From positions 40,238,001 to 40,302,000 of the forward strand of contig OX597817.1 in assembly GCA_951406725.2 (NCBI GenBank): a stretch of 64,000 nucleotides of DNA, read 5' to 3'. Each line of letters begins with the position of its first letter. Position 1 is the stretch's first letter. Source of the stretch: Octopus vulgaris. Taxonomy: Eukaryota. The position numbers were made by a program, and so were the translations under genes. A model generated the notes under the pieces. That model was not told the origin of the DNA and searched no databases. It saw only the letters and a program-made list of their open reading frames with translations. Below, in pieces: positions 27,159 to 38,529 of this stretch.

Positions 27159-28693
27159 ACTTTGCTTGGTATTTATTATTTTATCATTATTGTATATGTT
27201 CATTTATATTATTTTATTTTAATTTACAATGAGAAGGTTGGCAGTTACGTCAAAATCCCAGTGATGTGGTCTTCATCAGACTGTAAATTACTTCAATTTT
27301 GTAAATACTGTATATAATTATTTAGGATTCATTTCATGGAAGGAGCAATGTAACTGCAATATGGGTGTAGTATAATAGCATTTTTTTTTTTTTTTTGGTG
27401 CATAAAGAAATATCTTTATTGAAAGTTTAATTGAGTAGGTGGAAAAAATTAGAGAGAAGAGCAGAAGAAGAAGGCGGGGAGGAAAATAAAAGAGAACAAG
27501 GTGAAAGCAAATGTTTATCACATGTAAGAGAAAGGCATTTGTCGTTACTATGTGGTGAAACCTTTCTTAAAGATATTTCTTTATATACCACAAAAATACA
27601 CTGTTACACCACACCTACTTTGCAGCTACATTATTCTTCTCACAAGGTGACTCCCCAAATAATTATATATAGGACTTTGTGAACCAAAGTAATTTACACT
27701 CCAGTGAAGATGACATAACTGAAACATCAAAGTAACTGTCAAGCTTTCCTTGTAAAAATAAAATAAATTTGTTGCAATACTAAAAGGTTTTGAGTGATCC
27801 TTCAATTTAATGCTTTATTGTTTTTGTATATAACTACAACAAGTAAAAACAAACACATGTGTTTGTGTGTGTACATATATGTGTGAGAGAGAAAGTTAAG
27901 TTATTGATATGGAAAGTAACAGGATTGCATATAGAAAGTATAGGTTTGAAGTATGTTTTTTCTCTTTAGACAGCCTTTTAATCGAGTATGCATTAGTAGA
28001 TATATACAGTTAACAATCATCTGATGAGTACAGTTGAACAAATGGCTAACTGAATGAAACTGTGGTTCAGATATCTAATCTTATTTATCTATATCTATAA
28101 AATCTTACATATAAATACATGCATACCAATATCCAGACACTTCTAATGCAAGTATTGAGTATTTTTTATGGTTTTGTCCCTCAAGTATATACAAACATCC
28201 ACATATATTTGGTTATATTTTGGGAGGGTCCTTATGCTAATGCACTGTTTCTATTTCACTTCTTTATTATTCATCAATTGGTTAACTATTTAACCAACAA
28301 ACTAGTTGATTATTTAATTAATCATTCAGACAATCAATCAATTGGTTTTGTTTGTTAAAGTCTTTATGTCACTATTCATGACCTTCTCAATGACATGCTT
28401 CTTATCTCCAGGTCTAGATTTGAAGCAGATCTGAAGAAGAGAGGGTATGTCATTAAAGAGGCCATGCAGGAATAGTGATAAAAGGACTTTGACAAACACA
28501 AATGATTACTCAAACAATTGATTATTTAGTTGTTTAAATAATTAACCAATTTCTGAATAATAAAGAAGTAAAACAGAAACAGTGCATGTGTTTATTACTA
28601 ACATAATGACCCTCCCAAGACACATCAAAATCTGCTTCAACTCATGAATTCACATAAAAAATCTTGCAAGCCAGATACAAAAATGAAACACTC

Positions 28694-29157
28694 ATATGTC
28701 GATGCCAGTCTCACTGGCACGTAAAAAGCACCATACGAACGTGGTTGATACCAGTGCTGCCTGACTGGCTTCCATGCCAGTGGCACATAAAAAGCACCAT
28801 TCGAGCGTGCTCATTGCCAGTGCCACCTGACTGGCTTTCATGCCACTGGCACATAAAAAGCACCATTCGAGCGTGGTCAATGCCAGCACCACTTGATTGG
28901 CCCCCATGCCAGTGACATGTAAAATGCACCATTTGAGCATGGTCGATGCCAGTGCCAGCTGACTGGCCACTGTGCCGGTGGCACATAAAAAGCGCCCACT
29001 ACACTCTCAAAGTGATTGGCATTAGGAAGGGTATCCAGCTGTAGAAGCCTTGCCTGATCAGATTGGAGCCTGATGCAGGCCCCTGGCTTGCCAGCCCTCA
29101 GTCAAAGCATCCAACCTATGCCAGCATGGAAAGCAGATGTTAAATGATGATGATGAT
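28694..29157 (+). mobile_element. RTE 3'-tail copy with four full 66-bp tandem units and a (GAT)n end
   Basis: tggcac-like unit starts at 28715, 28781, 28847, 28913 and 28979. The 3' end matches the 3'UTR of the RTE at 33171-33783. Confidence 0.85.
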
Positions 29158-29400
29158 ATATATATATATGTTTTGTTTGAGGCTAAAGAAATTTGTTAAT
29201 CACTTATCGTTTCATCAAGTGATTATAAAAATTACAAAAATATTTTTTCTTATTTCTTCTCTATTGATTCCATACTTACAACATTAAGTGTCTGAGACAA
29301 ATCCCCTTCCACCCACCTTACAGCAAACCTGCGTCTACCTAGATTCTGTTTTTCATTTGCTTACTTCTATTTTCTGTGTAGTTTCTCTCTCTCTCTTTGT

Positions 29401-29405
<5 letters not shown>

Positions 29406-29461
<56 letters not shown>
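29406..29461. repeat. (TC)n microsatellite
   Basis: Seen directly. Confidence 0.95.
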
Positions 29462-29465
<4 letters not shown>

Positions 29466-30457
29466 ATTTCCTTCTCTTTCTCCTTATCCTATCTCTCATA
29501 TTTTTTTAGTTCAGTTTAATTGCAGTCTTCAGGACTATTGAATTAACCAAACAATTATATTCTGCAAAAATGCTGTAATTATATTTTCATTATTAAATAT
29601 GCAAAAATATCATAAATATATGTATATATAAATCTATATTATTTACATCAAAGTATACAAATTTTTGAATACAGAACAACATTACAACTTGAATTATTGT
29701 CAAGATCTGAAGTGTGTGTGTGTGTATGTGCACGCATGCACTCACATATGCACATGTGTGTGTATGAATTTGATTTCTGCCAATAAAATTCATTAAATAA
29801 GATTACTAAATTTGTGTGTGTAAGAAGGGATATAAGTTCTGAAATACTAGGTAGGTCCCTTCTTCAAACAAGTAATTCAATCCACAGCTTTTCTCTATTG
29901 CTAATATCTTACCTAGTTTTTCTGTTTTTATTTTTGGGGGTTACATTTTATTCATGCTTACTTACATAAACACACACACACACACATATATATACCATCC
30001 ACATCATTGTGATCATTATTGTTATTATCAGTTTACAAACCTTTTTCATGTTGTCATTGGTTGAGTAGGTTGTTACGACCAGAGTCAGTTTTTACTAGGT
30101 GTTTATACCCTGCTAAATTAATTCGAGGACCATATCTTGTTTATATATTTCATTATTGGCTTAGTCTCTACAGATGGATGCCACATCAGTTACAGAGTGT
30201 GCTAGGTGCATTACATAACCAAATATCATACTTTCAAAATAGATCCTTGCAATATAAGGAATCAAAATGATCGTAGTGATTAATAAAGAATTGCATGAAT
30301 TCCATTTCCTATCTCTTTCTCTCATATATTATAAACTCTATAGACATGAAGGAATTCCTGAAGTATATCCAGTGGCATATATTTCCATACTGCTGATGAC
30401 ATCAGGTAGCCAATACTGCGAACAAGCTTTAAACAGCATACTACAAGGTGTATAGCC

Positions 30458-31010
30458 GAGGCAAGTGAAATCGAAATCAAATTCAATGACTGGCATCCGT
30501 GCTAGTGGAGTGCTAAGAGTACCATCCGAGCATAATCGTTGCCAGAGCAGCTGACTGGCTTCCATGCCAGTGGCACATAAAAATCACCATTCGAGCGGGA
30601 TCGTTGCCAGAGCAGCTGACTGGCTTCCATGCCAGTGGCACATAAAAAGCACCATTCGAGCGTGATCATTACCAGCATTGCCTTACTGGCACTTATGCTG
30701 GTGGCATGTGAAAAAACATTCAAGCAAGTTGTTGCCAGTGCCGCTGGACTGGCTCCTGTGCCAGTGACATGTAAAAAACACCATTTGAGCATGGCCGTTG
30801 CCAGTACTGCCTAACTGGCCCTCATGCCAGTGGCACTTAAAAGCACCCACTCCACTCTCGGAGTGGTTGGTGTTAGCAAGGGCATCCACCTGTAGAAACT
30901 CTGCCAGTTCAGATTGGAGCCTGGTGCAGCCATCTGGTTCACCAGTCCTCAGTCAAATCATCTAACCCATGCTAGCATGGAAAGCAGACATTAAATGATG
31001 ATGATGATGG
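30458..31010 (+). mobile_element. RTE 3'-tail copy with about five to six tandem units and a (GAT)n end
   Basis: Begins gaggcaagtgaaatcgaaatc like the RTE 3'UTR, has repeated gccagtggcacataaaaagcaccattcgagcg, and ends aacccatgctagcatggaaagcagacattaaatgatgatgat. Confidence 0.85.
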
Positions 31011-31711
31011 TTCCCACTAATATCCAATCCTTGCAATATATATACATATTTAGATTATTGGAAATATGTATTGCAAAATCACATTCCAAATATTGAAATA
31101 ATAAAGTCAGTTGATCCATTATAGAAAGCACAAGCTTGTACATCAATGGTTCCGAAGGATGTGACCCAAGTTTCTCAGAAAAGTGTAATATTCAATTAGT
31201 CTTTTGCAATTTTAAACTAACAGTCAAAATTAGTGAATACTTGATGCATCCACCAATATTTATTGAAGAATTTCCAGTTACCAGCTCATTTATTTCCCCA
31301 CAAAATGAGTTTGCTATAGTTTAAAAGATGGACAAACAATGAAAAAAATAATTATTATCTCCCTTTGCTTTCATGTGTTTTATATGTATGATACTAAAGA
31401 CATGAAAATATGCTTTTTACTTGTGGAAAAATAAATGTACCACACATTGTGTGTATGACAATTGAATAGATGAATGTGTGATGCCTTTCTAGTGTTTTTT
31501 CAGCAACCAGTCAAATCCCCATGACTAATTACATTTGCTATTTAAATGATAATATATATCCTTATATATTATCATTCTACTACCCTTCTCCAGCATTAAA
31601 CTCAGTAATCTAAGAAATTTCAGAGAATTTTGTCCTCTTGTCAGGACAAATGTTCACCCAAGCATAAATATTTGTGTATACATGTATCTGTGTATGTATT
31701 AACAGTTAAGG

Positions 31712-33783
31712 TAAAGGTAAAGGTGATGCCCTAGATACAAATAACTACAGAGGTATCAAGCTGTTGGACCAGGTGATGAAGGTTACAGAGAGGGTCATAG
31801 CCCAACTAATTAGAGAGAGAGTTAGTTTAGATGAGATGCAGTTTGGGTTTGTGCCAGGGAAAAGTACTACTGATGCTATATTCCTGGTAAGGCAGCTGCA
31901 GGAGAAATACCTAGCCAAAGATAAGCCCCTGTACCTGGCTTTTGTTGACATGGAGAAAGCCTTCGACAGGGTCCCCCGATCCCTTATCTGGTGGGCAATG
32001 AGAAAACTAGGGATAGATGAATGGTTAGTGAGAGCTGTGCGGGCCATGTATAGGGACGCCGCTAGTAGGGTGAGGGTTGGAAATGAGTACAGTGAAGAAT
32101 TCCGGGTAGAGGTAGGGGTCCACCAAGGCTCAGTACTCAGCCCCCTCCTATTTATCATAGTCCTCCAGGCAATAACGGAGGAATTCAAGACAGGATGCCC
32201 TTGGGAGCTCCTCTATGCTGATGACCTTGCTCTAATTGCTGAGTCGCTATCAGAACTGGAGGAGAAGTTTCAGGTGTGGAAACAAGGATTAGAATCGAAG
32301 GGCCTTAGAGTCAATCTAGCTAAAACCAAAGTCGTAATCAGTAGGAAGGTTGACAAATCACAAACACCTTCAGGTAGATGGCCCTGCTCGATCTGTAGAA
32401 AAGGTGTAGGTAGAAACTCTATAAGATGCACCAAGTGTAAGCTATGGACACATAGGAGATGCAGCAATGTCAAAGGAAGGCTAACTAGGAAGATGGTTTT
32501 TGTATGTGGCAGATGCTCAGGAACAATAAACACTGAAAATGCTCTGAGACCAACTTCTGTCACTTTCCAGGGAGAAAAACTAGAAATAGTTGATAGTTTC
32601 CGTTACCTAGGTGACCAAGTCAGCAGCGGGGGCGGGTGTGCTGAAAGTGTAACTGCTAGAGTAAGAATAGCTTGGGCAAAGTTCAGAGAGCTCTTACCTC
32701 TGCTGGTGACAAAAGGCCTCTCGCACAGAGTGAAAGGCAGACTGTATGATGCGTGTGTACGAACAGCCATGCTACATGGCAGTGAAACATGGGCCGTGAC
32801 TGCTGAGGATATGCGTAAGCTCGCTAGAAATGAAGCCAGTATGCTCCGATGGATGTGTAATGTCAGTACTCACACTCGGCAGAGTGTAAGTACCTTGAGA
32901 GAAAAGCTGGACCTAAGAAGCATCAGTTGTGGTGTGCAAGAGAGACGTTTGCGCTGGTATGGTCATGTGGCGAGAATGGATGAAGATAGTTGTGTGAAAA
33001 AGTGCCACGCCCTAGCGGTTGAGGGAACCTGTGGAAGAGGCAGACCCAGGAAAACCTGGGACGAGGTGGTGAAGCACGACCTTCGAACTTTAGGTCTCAC
33101 TGAGGAAATGACTAGAGACCGAGACCTCTGGAAGTGTGCTGTGCGCGAGAAGACCCGGCAGGACAAGTGAGTCCACAACCCGTGGCCTTCTACATGGGAT
33201 GGAGCCAGCCTACGTATGCATACCTTCCCTTCTTGGGACACAAAACTCTACTTGTGAAGACGTGTTGAGGCAAGTGAGGATCAGAATCGAAATCGATCAA
33301 TGGAAATTGCGGATGTGCTACCAGTGCCGGTGGCATGTCGAAACTCTGCTTGTGAAGACCCATTGAGGCAAGTGAGGATCAGAATCGAAATCGATCAATG
33401 GAAATCGATCAATGGAAATTGCAGATGTGTTACCAGTGCCGGTGGCATGTAAGAGAACTTTCCGTTTCGCGACCGTTGCCAGCACCGCCCCGTTTCGTGT
33501 CCGTTGCCAGCCTCGCCTGGCCCTCGTGCCGGTGGCACATAAAAAGCACCATCCGTTCGTGGCCGTTTGCCAGCTCTGTCTGGCACCAGTGCGGGTGGCA
33601 CGTAAAAAGCACCCACTACACTCACGGAGTGGTTGGCGTTAGGAAGGGCATCCAGCCGTAGAAACACTGCCAGATTTGACTGGGCCTGATGAAGCCTTCT
33701 GGCTTCACAGACCCCAGCAGAACCGTCCAACCCATGCTAGCATGGAAAACGGACGCTAAATGATGATGATGATGATGATGATG
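31712..33783 (+). mobile_element. RTE-clade LINE, 5'-truncated, young: intact RT ORF, repeat-containing 3'UTR and (GAT)n tail
   Basis: Starts at KGKGDALDTNNYRGIKLL (pre-RT region). No endonuclease is present. The 3'UTR has ggcgttaggaagggcatccagccgtagaaa and ends in (gat)n. Confidence 0.95.
31713..33170 (+). CDS. RTE reverse transcriptase (partial ORF, no start codon) with an embedded PHD-type zinc finger
   Basis: Motifs QFGF, FVDMEKAFDRV, GVHQGSVLSPLLF, LLYADD, FRYLG, HGSETW, RRLRWYGHV and RGRPRKTW, with no stops or frameshifts. Confidence 0.93.
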   Translation, partial: KGKGDALDTNNYRGIKLLDQVMKVTERVIAQLIRERVSLDEMQFGFVPGKSTTDAIFLVRQLQEKYLAKDKPLYLAFVDMEKAFDRVPRSLIWWAMRKLGIDEWLVRAVRAMYRDAASRVRVGNEYSEEFRVEVGVHQGSVLSPLLFIIVLQAITEEFKTGCPWELLYADDLALIAESLSELEEKFQVWKQGLESKGLRVNLAKTKVVISRKVDKSQTPSGRWPCSICRKGVGRNSIRCTKCKLWTHRRCSNVKGRLTRKMVFVCGRCSGTINTENALRPTSVTFQGEKLEIVDSFRYLGDQVSSGGGCAESVTARVRIAWAKFRELLPLLVTKGLSHRVKGRLYDACVRTAMLHGSETWAVTAEDMRKLARNEASMLRWMCNVSTHTRQSVSTLREKLDLRSISCGVQERRLRWYGHVARMDEDSCVKKCHALAVEGTCGRGRPRKTWDEVVKHDLRTLGLTEEMTRDRDLWKCAVREKTRQDK

Positions 33784-33817
33784 ACACACACACACAGTAA
33801 TACAATACACACATTAT

Positions 33818-34214
33818 GGCTGCGAGCTGGCAGAAATGGTAGCACGCCAGGCGAAATGCTTAGCGGTATTTCGTGTGCCGCTACGTCCTGAGTTCAAATT
33901 GCCTTTCATCTTTTCAGGGTTGATTAAATAAGTACCAGTTACGCACTGGGGTCGATATAATCGACTTAATCTGTTTGTCTGTCCTTGTTTGTCCTCTCTG
34001 CATGTAGCCCCTTGTGGGTAGTAAAGAAATAGGTATTTCGTCTGCCGTTACATTCTGAGTTCAAATTCCGCCGAGGTTGACTTTGCCTTTCATCCTTTCG
34101 GGGTCGATAAATTAAGTATCAGGTACACACTGGGGTCGATGTAATCGACTTAATCCCTTTGTCTGTCCTTCTTTGTCCCCTTCTATGTTTAGCCCCTTGT
34201 GGGCAATAAATAAA
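33818..34214 (+). mobile_element. SINE family B, internally duplicated (dimer-like)
   Basis: Head ggctgcgagctggcagaaatggtagcacgcc. The segment ggtatttcgt...gccccttgtggg occurs twice. Confidence 0.85.
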
Positions 34215-34596
34215 TAAATGATAATATATATGCTTATATATTATCCTTCTACTTCCCTTCTCCAGCATTAAACTCAGTAATCTAAGAAATTACAGAGATT
34301 TCTGTCCTCTTGTAAGGACAGATGTTCACCCAAGCATAAATATATATGTGTGTGTATTTGTGTATGCATGTATCTATGTATGTATTAACACACACAGTTA
34401 TAAAATACACACATGGTAAAATTAATTATGCACACTGACATAGTTGTGTGGATAAGAAGTTCCCTTAATAAACACATAATTTCAGGTTCTGTCTTGTATG
34501 GCAATCTTGTGCAGCAGCTGTCTACTATGATTTCAGGTCAACCAATGTCTTATGAGTGAAATTTTGTTGACAGAAACTCATGTATGTGTATCGTCA

Positions 34597-34905
34597 AGTC
34601 ACATGTTCTAGTGGTTAGGATATTCAGCTCACAATTGTAAAATCATGAGTTTAATTCCTGTCAGTGTGTTGTGTCCTTGAGCAAGACACTTTATTTCATG
34701 TTGTTCCAGTTCACTCAGCTGGCGAGGGTGAGTTGCATCTCTAATTGAAAGGGCCAGCTTTGTCACATCATGCTGCATCTCCCTGAGTACTACATTAATG
34801 GTATGTGAGTCTATGGAGTGTTCAGCCACTTGCACATTAATTACACAAGCAGGCTGTTCCCTTCATCAGTTCAACTGGAATACTTGTCATCATAACAGAG
34901 TGCCT
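34597..34905 (+). mobile_element. tRNA-derived SINE family C (related copies at about 14805-15000 +, 50190-50470 -, 56065-56210 +, 58195-58495 -)
   Basis: ctagtggttagg head, B-box-like gagttYaattcc, and gtgtccttgagcaagacactttatttca core. Confidence 0.7.
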
Positions 34906-37900
34906 GTTCATATATATATATATATATGTACGTGTGTATGTATGTATATATATATATATATATATATCTGTTTGTCTATCTATCTATAGTTCAAATTTAC
35001 AGAAAACAAAAGACAAAGACAGGTGAAGGAACAACAAGCAGGTGTATTAGTTTAACACTCAGGGAGAATGGAAAAGTCTTTGATGAATCAAGCCTACACT
35101 CTTTGGCAGAAAGGATTGAGAGGAAAAAGAAATGAGAATGGAAAAAAAACAAAAGAAAAACACAGAGAGAAAAAATATGCTTGATTAACGCTTCAACATA
35201 ATGAAATCACATATATATTGCTTGAAGGTAATGCACTATACCAGAATTCTCAAGTCAAGTTAAATGCAACAAACAACTCTAAATTATTGTTAGAATATCT
35301 GCATAGATGGAGTGACAACTGGCTAAGGGAATGTATTTCTTATTACATGTTATCCAGATCTGAAATGTACATATTAAATGGTTTCAAAATATCATTATTT
35401 GGTTTGACTTTATTATTACAAATTTTAGGTGTGTGTGTGTGTTTATGTACATGTGTGTATCTGATTTACATTTATATCTTCTAACATAGCTATTAAATAT
35501 ACAAACTTAGATTAAATAAGTACCAGACTTAAAAATAAATGATGGGATTCATATAAAGGATTAAACCCTTGAATGCAGTACCCTAGTATGGCCACATTGC
35601 AATGAGTGAAATCGCCAAAATAATAAAGAATAAAAGGTTTTAGAAAAAAAAACAGAAAAACAGTGTTTTTAAAGTACTCAATGCTATATGCAGAGTGTAA
35701 TTAAATATAAAGGAATACTATTTTACTAGTTTTGTCTCTTGAAGCAATAGAAATATCATCACCATTCTAATATCTACTTTTCCATGCTCGCCATGGCTCA
35801 GATAAACCAGATGCCCTTCTTGCCACCAAACTTCACCCATTTCTATATGAGGTTATATTGCTCCACAGCCAGATATGTTTACACAGAAGATAGAAAGCAA
35901 GCAACATAGCTTGTATGAGGGTGACATTTATCTGCATCAATCCCATAATGTCTAGATAAGGAAACACATACATTTATGTATATATATACATATACAATAG
36001 GTTTCTGTTTGTTACTGTCTACCAGATCCACTTTCAAGAATTTTGTCAGCACAGGTCTATAGTTGAAGACACTTGACCAATATGCCATACATGACTCAAT
36101 GTGAAAACAAATGTTTGGGAAGCAAGTTTGTTAACTACACAGACTAGGAAAAAATTATAACTATATTGCCCTACATAAATACTGGGTTTAGAGCAGAGTA
36201 CAAGAAAATATATTGGAAGTAAAGGATGCCGAGATATTTGATACACAATAAGTGGTAAAATTATTTTTAAAATAAGAAATATATATAATTGTCATTTTAA
36301 GTAGAATCATATTCTCAAATTATTTTTGGTTTTTACTTCAAATGTAAAGATGAGCTAGTTTTCATGTGTGTGTAAACTGAAAGATAAATGCTCAACATTG
36401 CACTACTGGATGAATAATTTCTGTTATTTGTAAAGCACTTTCAACATGATACCAGTAGTTTTGGCAGAATCCTTAGAGCATCAGACAAAATGTTTTATGG
36501 TATTTGCTCCAACTCTTTACATCCCAAAGTTCAAATTCCAAAGTCAAATTTGTCTTTCATCCCTCCATGATCAATGGTGTAAAGTACCAGTTAAGTACAG
36601 TGGTTGATATAATTGACTAACCTTAAATCTAGAAACTATTTAACATGGTCACAGCATGTAGCTGAAGGAATTAATGATAAAGTAAAATGTTCAACTATCA
36701 TTTCAGTAAGACAATCATTTCTTTATATTCCATACAAATTTGGACAGTGATGTAGCGTTGTTTCTTTCTATCTCTGTAAATTCATATTCTGCTTCAATGT
36801 TTTTATTTAAACATTGTCTTGAGTCTGATATGTCATTATCATGCCATCCGTTATCAAGGATGTTAGCTTAAGGAATTTGTTGCTTAGTGAACTCTCTTAG
36901 ATGGAGTTGCTTAGTCATGGCAGGGTGTGTTAGTTTTTGTTTTTTTTTTTTGTTTTGTTTTGCTCTTGCTATTTTTGGGAGGCAACTTAAACAGTTTTTC
37001 TTTCTGAATATTCTCTGATAGCTATGTGAGCATGGAAAATCAGTATTTACCAGTGTTAGGAAGCATCTATGTTTGTTGTCACATTCATACTTGATGGTGG
37101 ATTGAACCAGAGCATTTTCCTTTGCCCACATATTTTAGGTTTAGTTTGGATGGGTTAAATATTGGTGATATTTTCATTCAACCTGGACATCACTAATATT
37201 TTACTGTAGTAACAACATGCATTCCACTCCAGTGTATAACCTACAATATATTATATTCCATCAATATATATATATATATATATATATTTGCATACAAATG
37301 TTAAGTGATATATAAATTGTCAATTGTATTATTCTATAATATTATACAAATATATATTAAATACCCTCTCAAATGTATCTGTAATTAGACCTGGTACTCA
37401 ACAATATAAGGGAAGCAACCAATATTATAGTCTTAATCAATTGCTTCCCTTTAGTCACTTGACTGGTACCTTTGTCTTTGTATCATCTATGACTACACAA
37501 AATCTCTTTCACACTCTCATCTAGCAAGGTGCATAAACTGCCACTATTACTCAAACTATGACTGAATAATTGTGAATGTATTTACATGAAACCATTGGTA
37601 TCCTCTTAACAGAATTCTATCATTAAAAGAATATATATATGTTTATGTTTGTATACACACACTGTTAAATGGCAGAGGAACTCAGGAAAGTCAACAACCA
37701 TCCAATACCATAATATAGTAAAGGATAGATGGTGCTCACCAGTCCTATAGAAGACAATTCATCTAGGAGAAGGAAATCTCCGAAATAAAAACGTTCAGCA
37801 AGGACTTGCAACTGTCTAATATTATTTGGCACAGGAAAAAATTATAATGTGAAGTTGTTATAACTTCATCTACAAATGACAGATAAAAAAACAATGAATA

Positions 37901-38529
37901 TACATACATATATATGTATGTATACATATTGTGTGTGTGTGTGTATACATATACATACATACATGAATTTACACATTTGTAGATCTATGCATCCACTTGC
38001 ATCCACTTTCCATGTTGGCATGAGTTGGACAGGTGACCATATTAAGAGTCAGCATGCATTTCAGGGAGGGACTAAGGGACCTCATTTGATTTACACTTCA
38101 TTTTTAGCTTGCTTTTTTATACTACTGTACAGGGTGTTTTTCTTTTTTTTTTTTTGACACCAACACTAGAAAAGTTTCATGTCCTCAGCAAGACAAAAGG
38201 ACTCACACAACCTCAGAGTATATTGGGTACATTTTCATGACACCAGCACAAAAGGGGTAGCTATATCCTCTGCACAGTTAAAAGGACCTCAGAACCCCAT
38301 GCTTCTTGTCACTCCTTTACAGAATGATAAGCATGAGTGGTAGAGGTATGTATGAGAGGGATGTGTGATAAGGAAGGAGTAACTAAGTATTTTGAGTTAA
38401 GTATAACATGACAAAAGTGGCATATTGTACTCAGCTTCTGTATTTCACTAATGCTTCATTCAAAAGCATACATATATTGAGTTCTACACCAGGTTGTTTT
38501 TATCACAATCTTTTAGTGAAATATATACA

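Noticed and set aside
31745-33241. Antisense ORFs over the RT
   Set aside because: These are shadow frames of the LINE ORF, with no independent motif.
28694-33612. CRISPR-like appearance of the 66-bp arrays and palindromic repeats
   Set aside because: The DNA is eukaryotic, there are no cas genes, the intervening segments are homologous to each other, and the arrays belong to an RTE 3'UTR.
37408-37451. 11-bp stem aagggaagcaa/ttgcttccctt
   Set aside because: Short stem with a long loop within degraded repeat-like sequence; no further support.
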